Of a DNA stretch of 64,000 nt, positions 28,706 through 37,646 are shown in pieces. The stretch is from a virus. The notes under the pieces are model-generated. The model saw nothing but the letters and a program-made list of their open reading frames with translations. It was not told the DNA's origin and made no database searches. The stretch covers positions 32,001 through 96,000 of the IMG/VR virus record IMGVR_UViG_3300042673_001035, one strand, 5' to 3'. Within the stretch, counting starts at the first letter, position 1; every line of letters starts with the position of its first letter. The position numbers and the translations under genes are program-made.

Positions 28706-29208
28706 AATCCGTTTATTAATTTATAATGTTTAATTCTATCTATTCCGATTGAGTAAGGTATTGTTATAAATGTTCGCTCACTTTCAATACTCCATTCTTT
28801 TTTTAAACTATTAGCAGTATATTGATTGTTGATATATTCTTTTATTAGTTTATAATCATACCAAAGTAATTCATCTAAGTTATTATTGAGAAATTGTATA
28901 TAGTCTACATACCAACCTTTATACTTGTTTGTCCATACTGAATTATCAGTAGCTGTATATGTGTCCGAATTATTCCAATACTTTTGTTTTCTTACGGGTA
29001 TTCTAAAATGATTATATTGTTTAATCCTATCCATTCCGTAACTAATCATCTCAACATCACATCCTCTTTTAAATTTGTTCACCTCTAAGTCTAAATCCCA
29101 TTTGCCACCTATTTGAATGTCGTACCAATTATTTTCCTCTAAAAATTGTTTTGCAACTTCCCTATCTTTTGTATCGTCGTGAGAAAGTGCATCCTTTCTA
29201 TTTACCAT
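28684..29208 (-). CDS. Hypothetical protein (possibly nuclease-like)
   Basis: 174 aa; DLDL...CDVEM segment loosely PD-(D/E)xK-like. Confidence 0.5.
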   Translation of the reverse strand: MVNRKDALSHDDTKDREVAKQFLEENNWYDIQIGGKWDLDLEVNKFKRGCDVEMISYGMDRIKQYNHFRIPVRKQKYWNNSDTYTATDNSVWTNKYKGWYVDYIQFLNNNLDELLWYDYKLIKEYINNQYTANSLKKEWSIESERTFITIPYSIGIDRIKHYKLINGLWTRQIN

Positions 29209-29214
29209 TTCGTT

Positions 29215-29757
29215 TTATATTAATTTTCTTTTTGCTTTGTTTCTATTCCTCAATCTATTTGTGTTATCCAATAGGTGTTCATACCTTGTATTCATTATAC
29301 CTATGTAATCCTTTATTCTTTGTATGTCCTCTTTTGTATTATATATCCTTTCGTATGTAACTTGTAAGTCAATTTCTTTTATTCCATTAATTAGTTCGTT
29401 ACGATTATAAATCACATTTTCAAATTGTTTTATATATATTTCGTTTTCTATTATCCATTCATCACTTACTTCATATCCATTACGCCATTCCTTTCGTTGT
29501 GATGCTCTGGTTTGAGATATTGCACATTCCCTTGCATCCGTTCTAGTCAATCCAATTATCTTGTCCCAATTACTGAAATCAATATCTTTTATATTTTCTA
29601 TTTCATTTATCAAATATTTCACTACGATATTATCACCTTCAATAGATTCATTTGTTCGTATTGGTTCGTGTATCATTTTATATCCCAACTCCAATGCTAA
29701 CCATTCATTCAATTGATACCCACCACTTCTCGCCAATGCTATAATTAATATTCTCAT
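29215..29757 (-). CDS. Sulfotransferase-like P-loop protein
   Basis: IIALARSGG, HEP, AISQ, VTYE motifs (Stf0-like). Confidence 0.75.
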   Translation of the reverse strand: MRILIIALARSGGYQLNEWLALELGYKMIHEPIRTNESIEGDNIVVKYLINEIENIKDIDFSNWDKIIGLTRTDARECAISQTRASQRKEWRNGYEVSDEWIIENEIYIKQFENVIYNRNELINGIKEIDLQVTYERIYNTKEDIQRIKDYIGIMNTRYEHLLDNTNRLRNRNKAKRKLI

Positions 29758-29766
29758 ACTATTATT

Positions 29767-30018
29767 TTATTTGTCCATTTCGTTTTCAAAAGCTTTCATC
29801 GCTCTTTTTACATTATCCATTTCGGGTATATCTAACTTTTCACCCAATGAAACGAATCCTATTGTTAATATTGCAAATACAATACCAATACTAAATTCAA
29901 CCGCTCGTTCACTATACAATGTGTCATTTTTTGCAGTCACTCCGTTATGTGTGGTTATTTGCAACCCTAATAGTGTTTCTCTTTTACTTAAAAAGCTAAA
30001 TCCTAATTCTATTTTCAT
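29767..30018 (-). CDS. Hypothetical protein
   Basis: 83-aa ORF. Confidence 0.55.
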   Translation of the reverse strand: MKIELGFSFLSKRETLLGLQITTHNGVTAKNDTLYSERAVEFSIGIVFAILTIGFVSLGEKLDIPEMDNVKRAMKAFENEMDK

Positions 30019-30029
30019 ATTATATTGTT

Positions 30030-30677
30030 TTATATTATTTCTTTGTTTTTAATTCTGTTATATTTTGCTTCTAATACTTGGGATAATTTTAATTGTCCTT
30101 GTTCACTAAAATGTTTATTATCTATTTCACCATTGGTTTCATTTTTGATTATTTCAAACTCATTTAAACAATCTGCTTCTAAAGTATTTTTAAATGCTGT
30201 CCAATGTATCACATAGTTATTCTTTAATGTATGGTTTATTAAATTTATCCAATTATTAACCTCACTGTCATATTTTTTATTACTTCTATTTGCTAATAGT
30301 TTCTTTATACTATCCCTATCCATATATTCCGCATCCCTTAACATTCCATTATCATTGGGTAAATAGTTTATCCACTCTCCATTCTTATCGGTTAATCTAA
30401 ATCTAGCACTATTTGACCAACCAAATATAATTAAGTCATCTTTTTTAATTTCTTTTACAACTTTGCAAAAAGATTCAAATATAGAATAGTTATCCCAACC
30501 ACCTACACCATAATTCATTAACTTCATACCCAATCGTTCCGATAATAGTTCACCATATACTTTTGGTACATATCCTTTCCAATTTATATAATGGTGTCTC
30601 CAATGAATTACTTTACAATCTTTATTTGGTAAAAAACTTTCAGTAAAACTATCACCAAATGTCCACAATTTTAACAT
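30030..30677 (-). CDS. SGNH/GDSL-like hydrolase or acyltransferase
   Basis: TFGDSFTE, GGWDN, KHFSE; paralog of 17911..18558 (WKGY.PK, GWS..RFRL, ET.G.I). Confidence 0.8.
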   Translation of the reverse strand: MLKLWTFGDSFTESFLPNKDCKVIHWRHHYINWKGYVPKVYGELLSERLGMKLMNYGVGGWDNYSIFESFCKVVKEIKKDDLIIFGWSNSARFRLTDKNGEWINYLPNDNGMLRDAEYMDRDSIKKLLANRSNKKYDSEVNNWINLINHTLKNNYVIHWTAFKNTLEADCLNEFEIIKNETNGEIDNKHFSEQGQLKLSQVLEAKYNRIKNKEII

Positions 30678-30744
30678 ATTATTTTATTTATACTATCAAA
30701 AAAATTTTCACAATTCGAATGGTACTCAACCCTATCCTTTTTTA

Positions 30745-31092
30745 TTAAGATGGAAAATAGTTTATATTGTTATTCATTTGCGTTTGTGCTTTTGGTTTAC
30801 ATTTTACTATCAATGCTTCAAATATTAATGCGGTAAGTTCAAATGATTTTAATTTTCTACCTACAATCCATTCTCTGCCGTATTGTGTTATATCTGCACC
30901 ATCCCTTAATACTATTTCATATTCTTTTGTCGTAGTTCCGTTTCTAAATATTTTTATTGTGTATGGCATAGAATTATATGCAACTTTAAAACTATATTCC
31001 GTTTCGGTTTCTCTTACTTCACCTATTCTAAAGTCTTTGTAGTCATGTGACCAACCTTCTAACTTTTTATAGTTATTTATTGTCAAACTCAT
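30745..31092 (-). CDS. MLTIKN-family paralog
   Basis: MSLTINNYKKL...IGEVRE...YSF...IKIFR...YEI. Confidence 0.7.
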   Translation of the reverse strand: MSLTINNYKKLEGWSHDYKDFRIGEVRETETEYSFKVAYNSMPYTIKIFRNGTTTKEYEIVLRDGADITQYGREWIVGRKLKSFELTALIFEALIVKCKPKAQTQMNNNINYFPS

Positions 31093-31223
31093 ACACTAAA
31101 TAGTTTTGTTCTTTGTGTGTTTCAACTCTTGTAGGTTTTTGTTTTAGTAAACTATCTACTGACAATTCAATTTCATTTTTAACAATCATTTCAATTGTCC
31201 TTTGCATGTATATTATTTTCACA

Positions 31224-31793
31224 CTATCCTTTTAAATCGTTTCTAATATCTTGTTTTACTTTTTCCAAATATACCATTCTTTCATTATGTGAAACAAAGG
31301 GTACACTCCAAAATTGACGGGTTTTTGTTTTAAACCAACCGAATACAAATGAATATACACCCATAACCAACCTCAATTTAACTGAATTAAAATACATTGT
31401 TAATACAGGTAATGCAGGTGCTCCATGTGTCAAATAAGTTCTAACTTTTTTATCACTCAATAAAGGTGTCGGATATCCATACACTTTTGTAACGGGTGTA
31501 AACTTATATGCAAATCCTGGTGTAAATATTTGGTCAAAGAATGCCTCCATTGCCGGCGTACATCTAAACCACCAAACGGGAGATATAAAGTAAATTCTAT
31601 CTGACCATGTTATCAACTCTTTATATTTTTTTATTTTATCCTTTCCAAAATCAAATGTTATATTTTCTTTGTATAAATCAATAACACATGTTTCCTCTTT
31701 ATTTTCTTTTAAAAAGCTTTCAATAGTTTTTTTAATACCATTGTAGCAGAAACTCTTTTTATCAGGGTGTCCTATTATAATTAAGTTTTTCAT
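31224..31793 (-). CDS. NAD(P)H-dependent oxidoreductase (flavodoxin-2 family)
   Basis: IGHPDKKSF, IDLY, PVWWFRCTP, FDQIFTPGFAY. Confidence 0.9.
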   Translation of the reverse strand: MKNLIIIGHPDKKSFCYNGIKKTIESFLKENKEETCVIDLYKENITFDFGKDKIKKYKELITWSDRIYFISPVWWFRCTPAMEAFFDQIFTPGFAYKFTPVTKVYGYPTPLLSDKKVRTYLTHGAPALPVLTMYFNSVKLRLVMGVYSFVFGWFKTKTRQFWSVPFVSHNERMVYLEKVKQDIRNDLKG

Positions 31794-31794
31794 T

Positions 31795-32682
31795 TTATAT
31801 AAATTTTAATATTGCTAAATCTTTTTGTTTTGCTTCAACCATTATGTCCACGTCGTTATTATATGTTTCAGGTAATTTTTGAATGTAATCACTATGAGCT
31901 TGTGGTTTTACTTTTATATTGTTTTCGTGTAATGCTTTTGATTCGGAATAGTGTACTGCGGGTGTTATACCTTTGGGCCATGTTGTAATTGCTAGGTCTA
32001 ATGCATGTTGCTCAATCAAATCACCCGTACAAAATTGGTGGTGGTGATAATCAAATACAATAGGTATGTTAATCTTATTATGAATATACATTAAGTCTTT
32101 AACCGAATACATACTTGCTTTGTCATCATTTTCAATTGTTAGTCTACTCTTTACTGAATTAGATAGTTTTTCAAAATTAGTACAAAACCTATCCATTGCT
32201 GCAATCTTGTCACCATACACTCCGTTACAATGTATATTAATTTTATTGTAAGGTGTTTTAGATAAGTTCATTGCGTCCATTATTTTACCATGCACCTCCA
32301 AATCTTTAATCGTATTCAATACCACATTTTCTTTTGGGGATACTAATACATTGAAAGGTCCTGGGTGAAATGATAATCTTTGTTTATACATTGTTGCCTT
32401 TGCACCACATCTTTGTAGTATCTTTTGTATTTCGTTCCAATCTTTAAGGTCAGTAAATTCGTATTCGGTTGCCCACGGAAACATATCACTACTCATGCGA
32501 TACATTTTAATTCCCATTTCCTCATTCCAATCTATAATCTTTTCTAAGTCTGCAACATTCTGCAATACCAAATCCGATACATAGTCAACTCCCTTTGCTA
32601 TGAAAGTTCGTTTGACCATTGTTCTATTCGTTGTAATCTTTTTACCTAATGAAAGGTTAATACATGCATATCCTATACTCAT
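31795..32682 (-). CDS. uvsE: UV DNA damage endonuclease (UvsE/UVDE)
   Basis: IGYACIN, RMSSDMFP, RLSFHPGPF, IENDD, FDYHHH, HSD, MVEAKQK; start moved to MSIGYAC. Confidence 0.95.
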   Translation of the reverse strand: MSIGYACINLSLGKKITTNRTMVKRTFIAKGVDYVSDLVLQNVADLEKIIDWNEEMGIKMYRMSSDMFPWATEYEFTDLKDWNEIQKILQRCGAKATMYKQRLSFHPGPFNVLVSPKENVVLNTIKDLEVHGKIMDAMNLSKTPYNKINIHCNGVYGDKIAAMDRFCTNFEKLSNSVKSRLTIENDDKASMYSVKDLMYIHNKINIPIVFDYHHHQFCTGDLIEQHALDLAITTWPKGITPAVHYSESKALHENNIKVKPQAHSDYIQKLPETYNNDVDIMVEAKQKDLAILKFI

Positions 32683-32686
32683 ATAG

Positions 32687-32718
32687 TAAATATACGACAA
32701 ATTTTTCACTTTACCAAA
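32687..32718 (-). promoter_or_regulatory. Bacteroidota-type promoter
   Basis: Minus strand TTTG-N20-TATATTTA just upstream of uvsE. Confidence 0.7.
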
Positions 32719-32988
32719 TTAGATAGTCTGCATGCAAATGATAATCTTATCCGTAGTATCAAACTCATTCGTATTTAACCAAAGGGTTTTATTGTTATAC
32801 TCCATTATATACATTCCGTTATCGGTTTGCTTTCTATGTAGTAATATTGTTTCTACTGCCGGTTTTATAGTAGCATCATATCCTAATGTAAATTCGTAGT
32901 GGTCTTTATGTTCTTTAACTCCAATAATATTAAACACTTCGTTGTATTCTTGTCCGATTATGGTTTGTATATTTTTTATTTTTAGCAT
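32719..32988 (-). CDS. MLTIKN-family paralog
   Basis: Likely start MLKIKNIQTI...IIGVKE...YEF...ILLHR...YIM. Confidence 0.7.
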   Translation of the reverse strand: MLKIKNIQTIIGQEYNEVFNIIGVKEHKDHYEFTLGYDATIKPAVETILLHRKQTDNGMYIMEYNNKTLWLNTNEFDTTDKIIICMQTI

Positions 32989-33248
32989 ATCAATCTTTTT
33001 ATTTGTGCACAAAATAAATCCAAATTGTGTATGTCTGAAAATTTCAAATATAAACAATGATTACCATGTGATATTGTGTATTTACCTCGTCTACTTTTCA
33101 TACGATTAAGTTTTAAGTCTCTACATCCACCTTTACCATCTATTAAACTGATATGATAATTTGTATGTCCACATACCATTGACTTAACACGAAAGGAATA
33201 TCCTATTGGGTATCTAACTATTTTATTTAAATTATTTATTGTTAACAT
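32982..33248 (-). CDS. MLTIKN-family paralog
   Basis: MLTINNLNKI...YHI...LKLNR...YTI. Confidence 0.7.
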   Translation of the reverse strand: MLTINNLNKIVRYPIGYSFRVKSMVCGHTNYHISLIDGKGGCRDLKLNRMKSRRGKYTISHGNHCLYLKFSDIHNLDLFCAQIKRLIC

Positions 33249-33251
33249 ATC

Positions 33252-33512
33252 TTACCATTTACTTAATGGACATTTACTTTCAGGACTTAAAGTCTTTGCT
33301 GATATATTACATCCACATCCTTTTGTTTCTTGTTTTGTTATTTCGTTTATTCCTATATTTTTAGGACTACATGTATTATTTATCCTCATATAACATGAAT
33401 TACATAATATCAATCTATTCTCTGCCATTTGTTTTATATTCGGGTCCAATGTTCCAATTCTGTCTTTTACTACATTTGCCCATCCATTTATTATTTCATT
33501 TAACTTTGACAT
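33252..33512 (-). CDS. Small CxxC metal-binding protein (DUF6171-like), paralog of 14089..14358
   Basis: EIINGW...RLILCNSC...GCGCNISAK...CPLSKW; start moved to MSKLNE. Confidence 0.7.
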   Translation of the reverse strand: MSKLNEIINGWANVVKDRIGTLDPNIKQMAENRLILCNSCYMRINNTCSPKNIGINEITKQETKGCGCNISAKTLSPESKCPLSKW

Positions 33513-33528
33513 ATTATGTATTTTTACA

Positions 33529-33930
33529 TTAATTATATAATTGTGTTGCAATTGAATAACTAACTGGTGCCGATGTTAATTGTATTTTCAATATTTCATC
33601 CACCATATCTTCAAATGTTTGTCTAAAATTTGAAATAGACTTCATCATTTGTTTATTCATTTTACGACTTGTACTAAATCTATTATCATCCCACATTGAT
33701 ATAAAAAATATACCATCTGCATCATCAGCAATATTAAATTTGTGTTGAGGTGTCAATACTGATAATTCCCATTTTGGTTTTTGTGGTAAGTTTAAGTTTA
33801 ATATTGTTGCCTCATACTTTGTTTCATGTGCATTGTGTATTGGGTTAACTATACAATAACCTTTATATGTAATCCCACTTAATTTTTCCCAACCTTTTAT
33901 TTTCATATTAATATTTTTTGACTGCTTCAA
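33529..33930 (-). CDS. Hypothetical protein, possible diverged MLTIKN-family member
   Basis: Internal MKIKGWEKL start resembles the family N-terminus. Confidence 0.5.
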   Translation of the reverse strand: MKQSKNINMKIKGWEKLSGITYKGYCIVNPIHNAHETKYEATILNLNLPQKPKWELSVLTPQHKFNIADDADGIFFISMWDDNRFSTSRKMNKQMMKSISNFRQTFEDMVDEILKIQLTSAPVSYSIATQLYN

Positions 33931-34378
33931 TCATTCTATTTATCAATTCATCCCTATCTTGTATTACATCAATTGGTAAATTACTAAATTCCATACTTTT
34001 ACCGGCATTCCAAATATTAAATTGTACTTTGTTATCTATTATCTTAGTATGTATTTCAAATACTACATTGATTGTATGTGAACCATTTTTAATTCCACAA
34101 AATTTGTAAAAAGTATATGGTTTATTATCTGATGCGTTGATTGCCGTTTCATGTCCAACATAATTTATTTGAACCTTTGTGCCATCTAAACATAAATTCG
34201 TTGTATTAATCTTTTCGGGATTACTTATTTTTAGTTTTGTTTTCATTTTAATATTACTTAATGCACATGATAAATGGTCATACCCATCTAAATAATCGTA
34301 ATCAATATCGGATGTATCTTTACCACAATATCTACAAATCCAATTCATTATTTTTTTCCACTCTTTTCTCTTATCCAC
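33908..34378 (-). CDS. Hypothetical protein with N-terminal CxxC
   Basis: CRYC...HLSC followed by KLKISNPEKI (MLTIKN-like). Confidence 0.5.
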   Translation of the reverse strand: MDKRKEWKKIMNWICRYCGKDTSDIDYDYLDGYDHLSCALSNIKMKTKLKISNPEKINTTNLCLDGTKVQINYVGHETAINASDNKPYTFYKFCGIKNGSHTINVVFEIHTKIIDNKVQFNIWNAGKSMEFSNLPIDVIQDRDELINRMIEAVKKY

Positions 34379-34590
34379 TTATACATAAAATCGATATCTG
34401 CTTTTTCAATTTCTTTTTGGGATTCTAATTCATGCCCAACACAGGGTTCTATTTTTGCATGTTCTCTTTGATAATCGGTTTGTGTTTTTGGTTTACTACC
34501 TATTGTACCATACTTTGTAAGTCTTTTTTGTTCTTGTTTTGCACCCACTAACCAACCTATCAAAAATGATGCAATTAATAATACTACCAT
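34348..34590 (-). CDS. Small membrane-anchored protein
   Basis: N-terminal TM helix. Confidence 0.55.
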   Translation of the reverse strand: MVVLLIASFLIGWLVGAKQEQKRLTKYGTIGSKPKTQTDYQREHAKIEPCVGHELESQKEIEKADIDFMYKWIREKSGKK

Positions 34591-34593
34591 AAC

Positions 34594-34782
34594 TTATTTT
34601 TTAGATTTTAATTCTATTATTTGTTTTTCTACTTTTGCAAACCTTTCTTTCAATCTTTCTAATCTTATACTACGACCCCACTTACCTAACCAATTCACTC
34701 CCTGAAATTTCTCCCAATAAATGATTTGTTCTTGCAATTCTTTTTTTCTTTTATAGAGTGCCATAACTTTTTCCGATTTCAT
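34594..34782 (-). CDS. Hypothetical protein
   Basis: 62-aa ORF. Confidence 0.55.
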   Translation of the reverse strand: MKSEKVMALYKRKKELQEQIIYWEKFQGVNWLGKWGRSIRLERLKERFAKVEKQIIELKSKK

Positions 34783-34785
34783 TCT

Positions 34786-34977
34786 TTACTTCTTTTGTAA
34801 TGTGAAATAGTAATTCCACTTCAACCAACTAATTGCTATTCCAAATGCCGGTGTAAATGTATTCGGCCCTGCATAATATTTTTTACTATACCACAATTTT
34901 ACTATTGGTAAAACCACTACAATATCTTTATTCTTTTGTAGTTTGTTGTTGTCAATAACCCATTCTAATTTTCTCAT
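34786..34977 (-). CDS. Hypothetical protein
   Basis: 63-aa ORF. Confidence 0.55.
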   Translation of the reverse strand: MRKLEWVIDNNKLQKNKDIVVVLPIVKLWYSKKYYAGPNTFTPAFGIAISWLKWNYYFTLQKK

Positions 34978-34978
34978 T

Positions 34979-35173
34979 TTATTTTGTATTTTGTTTTGTA
35001 TTTTCTATTGTTTCATTTTGACTTACTACTTTTGCCTTATACATTTGTCTGATTATTTGACCTAATTGTTGGTCGGTAGTATTTTCGTCTAATATAATTT
35101 CTTTACGGATAGTCAAATATTGTTTTGCTTCCTCTGCCCATTGTATTATTTGTTTTGCGTATTGTTCTTTCAT
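34979..35173 (-). CDS. Hypothetical protein
   Basis: Start moved to MKEQY, downstream of the promoter. Confidence 0.55.
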   Translation of the reverse strand: MKEQYAKQIIQWAEEAKQYLTIRKEIILDENTTDQQLGQIIRQMYKAKVVSQNETIENTKQNTK

Positions 35174-35188
35174 AACTTTATTTATAAT

Positions 35189-35220
35189 GTAATATACGAA
35201 ATTTATTCCATTCTGCCAAA
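35189..35220 (-). promoter_or_regulatory. Bacteroidota-type promoter
   Basis: Minus strand TTTG-N20-TATATTAC. Confidence 0.7.
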
Positions 35221-35221
35221 T

Positions 35222-35257
35222 AAAAATGGGATACCTCAATTAAGAGACATCCCATTT
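35222..35257 (-). terminator. Rho-independent terminator
   Basis: AAATGGGATGTCTC/GAGGTATCCCATTT stem ending in T5. Confidence 0.75.
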
Positions 35258-35380
35258 CGCATGGCATGCAAGATTTTTTATGTATGTTTCCTATAAGATT
35301 TTGCTTTTAATTGCTCACTTCTAGTTTTATTTCCCATCTTTTTTCTATTCAGGGATTTTGTTTCTTTCTTAGTCATTTAT

Positions 35381-35572
35381 TTATGCTGGTTCGTTAAATT
35401 GAGAAACAGGCATAAATATATATTTAGCTGTATCTGCACATTCTGCAGTTTCCTCAAGTTGTTCATTATCATTGTTTGCAAACCACTCTTCAACTTGAGC
35501 CATAGTCATTGATTCACATCCAGATACAACTGGTCCACCACATGCTTCTCTGATACAAAATAATTCTTCCAT
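35381..35572 (-). CDS. Small acidic Cys-containing protein
   Basis: 63 aa, 4 Cys, a single Lys; preceded by ATATTTAT. Confidence 0.6.
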   Translation of the reverse strand: MEELFCIREACGGPVVSGCESMTMAQVEEWFANNDNEQLEETAECADTAKYIFMPVSQFNEPA

Positions 35573-35605
35573 TTTTTTTAATTTTTAATTGTTCGTATAT
35601 AAATA

Positions 35606-35860
35606 TCAAATAATTTCCAATTCATCAATTTTATTTACAAATAAATATTCCATTGTTTGATTAAACTTCAATATCTTTTCAACTCCATAATACTTTTTTA
35701 ATGCCTCTGCATATTCACCCGTCACTTCTCTACTAAATCTTTGTATTGGTAATTTTTTTACTATTTCATATAAGTCCTCACCAACTTTAGCTGTTTCTAT
35801 TTTTCTCATCATTTCCAAAATATTTGAACTAATAAAATACTTGCTGCCAATAATAAACAA
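35606..35860 (-). CDS. Hypothetical protein
   Basis: ORF; likely start at MMRKIE. Confidence 0.55.
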   Translation of the reverse strand: MFIIGSKYFISSNILEMMRKIETAKVGEDLYEIVKKLPIQRFSREVTGEYAEALKKYYGVEKILKFNQTMEYLFVNKIDELEII

Positions 35861-36150
35861 ACCAATGTTTTAAGTGTTAATGGTTCTTTAAATAATATCA
35901 TACTCAAAAGTACAAATACAATCATACCAATACCAAATCCAATAAGACGAGAGGGCCATAATTGACCATCACCCCACGCAACTAAATGTTCTACTGATTT
36001 AATGTAAAACCATGCCGCGGGTATCGAACTCAATAATATTATAATTGGATATTTTTGATACCAACCATACTTTATACTTCCCTGTAATTGCATAAAGGAA
36101 AAAACCTGCCCAAAGATACCAAAAAAGATACCCAATAATAACCTATTCAT
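35809..36150 (-). CDS. Small 4-TM membrane protein (DMT/SMR-like topology)
   Basis: Four hydrophobic helices; LFKEPLTLK motif. Confidence 0.65.
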   Translation of the reverse strand: MNRLLLGIFFGIFGQVFSFMQLQGSIKYGWYQKYPIIILLSSIPAAWFYIKSVEHLVAWGDGQLWPSRLIGFGIGMIVFVLLSMILFKEPLTLKTLVCLLLAASILLVQIFWK

Positions 36151-36161
36151 TTTCTTTTGTT

Positions 36162-37142
36162 TTAAAAATATTCTTTCATTAAATGATTAACAATTAAATC
36201 CTGATATATTTGTGTTGTGGGGTGTTGACCAAATAAATTTTGGTCATTATTTCTATTATCATATGCGGATATGCCATATTTGTCAATTGCAAATTCATCT
36301 ATCCCACCCCAAATAATATTTTTTTCTTCATTTTTATAAAACCACCAATTACTCCAATCAATCATATTATATAATATTTTTATCATAGAGTTTATGTCCC
36401 AAATTTGTTTTGAATTTATGTAATCTTGAAATAAACAATGTTTCCCATCAATAACTTTGGTTTCTTTATTGGTCTGTAAACCATTTTCGGAAAACATTGA
36501 AAATTGATTATTTATCAAACAAAACTTATATTTGATTCCTTTGGATTTTAAATATTGTTCCGTTGTTAAAATGTTTTGAAAATATTGGATTGCTCTATCC
36601 ACAAATTCAATATTTCTTCTATCCATTGATTTTATATCTAAACCATTAACATAACTATCTAATATTGATTGGACTATTTGGTTTGGAAAGTTTGGTATAT
36701 TTTCTTTTTCAGGATTTATTACATAATAATTTCTGAATTTAGGATAATCTCCAGGGAATATTTTTTTAACTACTATTTTTTCCAAAACAGTTTTTGAAAA
36801 ATCGGTGTGCTTTACGATAACTCTGTCTGGATAATTTATCGGTTCTACTTTAAATGATTCGTCTATTTGATTAACTAAAAATTCGTTTTGAATTACAATA
36901 TCTTTTCTATGTATTTCTGAAAATTCAGCTAGAACAAATATATCATCTATATCTACTCCAATTGAAATTAATTTATCAATAGTATCTACGATGGATATCA
37001 TTTGAAAATTAGAGCCCATAGACATTGAATGCAAGTCTATAACCAATTCCAAATTTTGGATATCTTTTGTAAAATTTTGGTTAAAAACATCTGCAAATTT
37101 GCCATAACTACATCCGGTTGTAACCAGAATTTTTGGAACCAT
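36162..37142 (-). CDS. SGNH-like protein (DUF6071-like)
   Basis: TTGCSYG, SMGSN, GGIDE, C-terminal QHPT. Confidence 0.6.
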   Translation of the reverse strand: MVPKILVTTGCSYGKFADVFNQNFTKDIQNLELVIDLHSMSMGSNFQMISIVDTIDKLISIGVDIDDIFVLAEFSEIHRKDIVIQNEFLVNQIDESFKVEPINYPDRVIVKHTDFSKTVLEKIVVKKIFPGDYPKFRNYYVINPEKENIPNFPNQIVQSILDSYVNGLDIKSMDRRNIEFVDRAIQYFQNILTTEQYLKSKGIKYKFCLINNQFSMFSENGLQTNKETKVIDGKHCLFQDYINSKQIWDINSMIKILYNMIDWSNWWFYKNEEKNIIWGGIDEFAIDKYGISAYDNRNNDQNLFGQHPTTQIYQDLIVNHLMKEYF

Positions 37143-37156
37143 ATTTGTTTTTTTAT

Positions 37157-37339
37157 TTAGTAATCATCATCTTCAAATGATAATGCGTTTGCTTGTGCAT
37201 CATCTTCATAGATTTCATCTTCAATCAATTCTAATTTTTCGTAGACATCATCAATTAACGGGTGAGAAATTCCTTCTCTATCCATTGATTTTAGATTTTC
37301 TTTGATTTGATTTACCAGTTTTAATATTTCCTGCTTCAT
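37157..37339 (-). CDS. Hypothetical acidic protein
   Basis: 60-aa ORF. Confidence 0.55.
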   Translation of the reverse strand: MKQEILKLVNQIKENLKSMDREGISHPLIDDVYEKLELIEDEIYEDDAQANALSFEDDDY

Positions 37340-37646
37340 TTTCTAAGTTTTGAATAAGTATATCCAAATCACGAATTTCAGCACATTTTTCATATTCTTC
37401 TATTTCCATAAAATATTCCATTGCTTTTTCCAAAGTCAATTTGAGATTTTCTTTCTTTAGAATGAATACCAAGTTGTCATAATGATTAGAAACCATTATA
37501 GCTTGTACATTATCCAAATCTTCAGTTAGTAATTTTTTAGAATACCTAACTAATTCTGAAAAAATGATATAACGATTTTCCTCTAACCAACCATTAACCG
37601 ATTGATTTTCTAAGTCTATATGTAATATAATTGGAATATCTTTCAT
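37278..37646 (-). CDS. UVR (UvrB/UvrC) motif-containing protein
   Basis: AMEYFMEIEEYEKCAEIRD. Confidence 0.7.
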   Translation of the reverse strand: MKDIPIILHIDLENQSVNGWLEENRYIIFSELVRYSKKLLTEDLDNVQAIMVSNHYDNLVFILKKENLKLTLEKAMEYFMEIEEYEKCAEIRDLDILIQNLENEAGNIKTGKSNQRKSKING

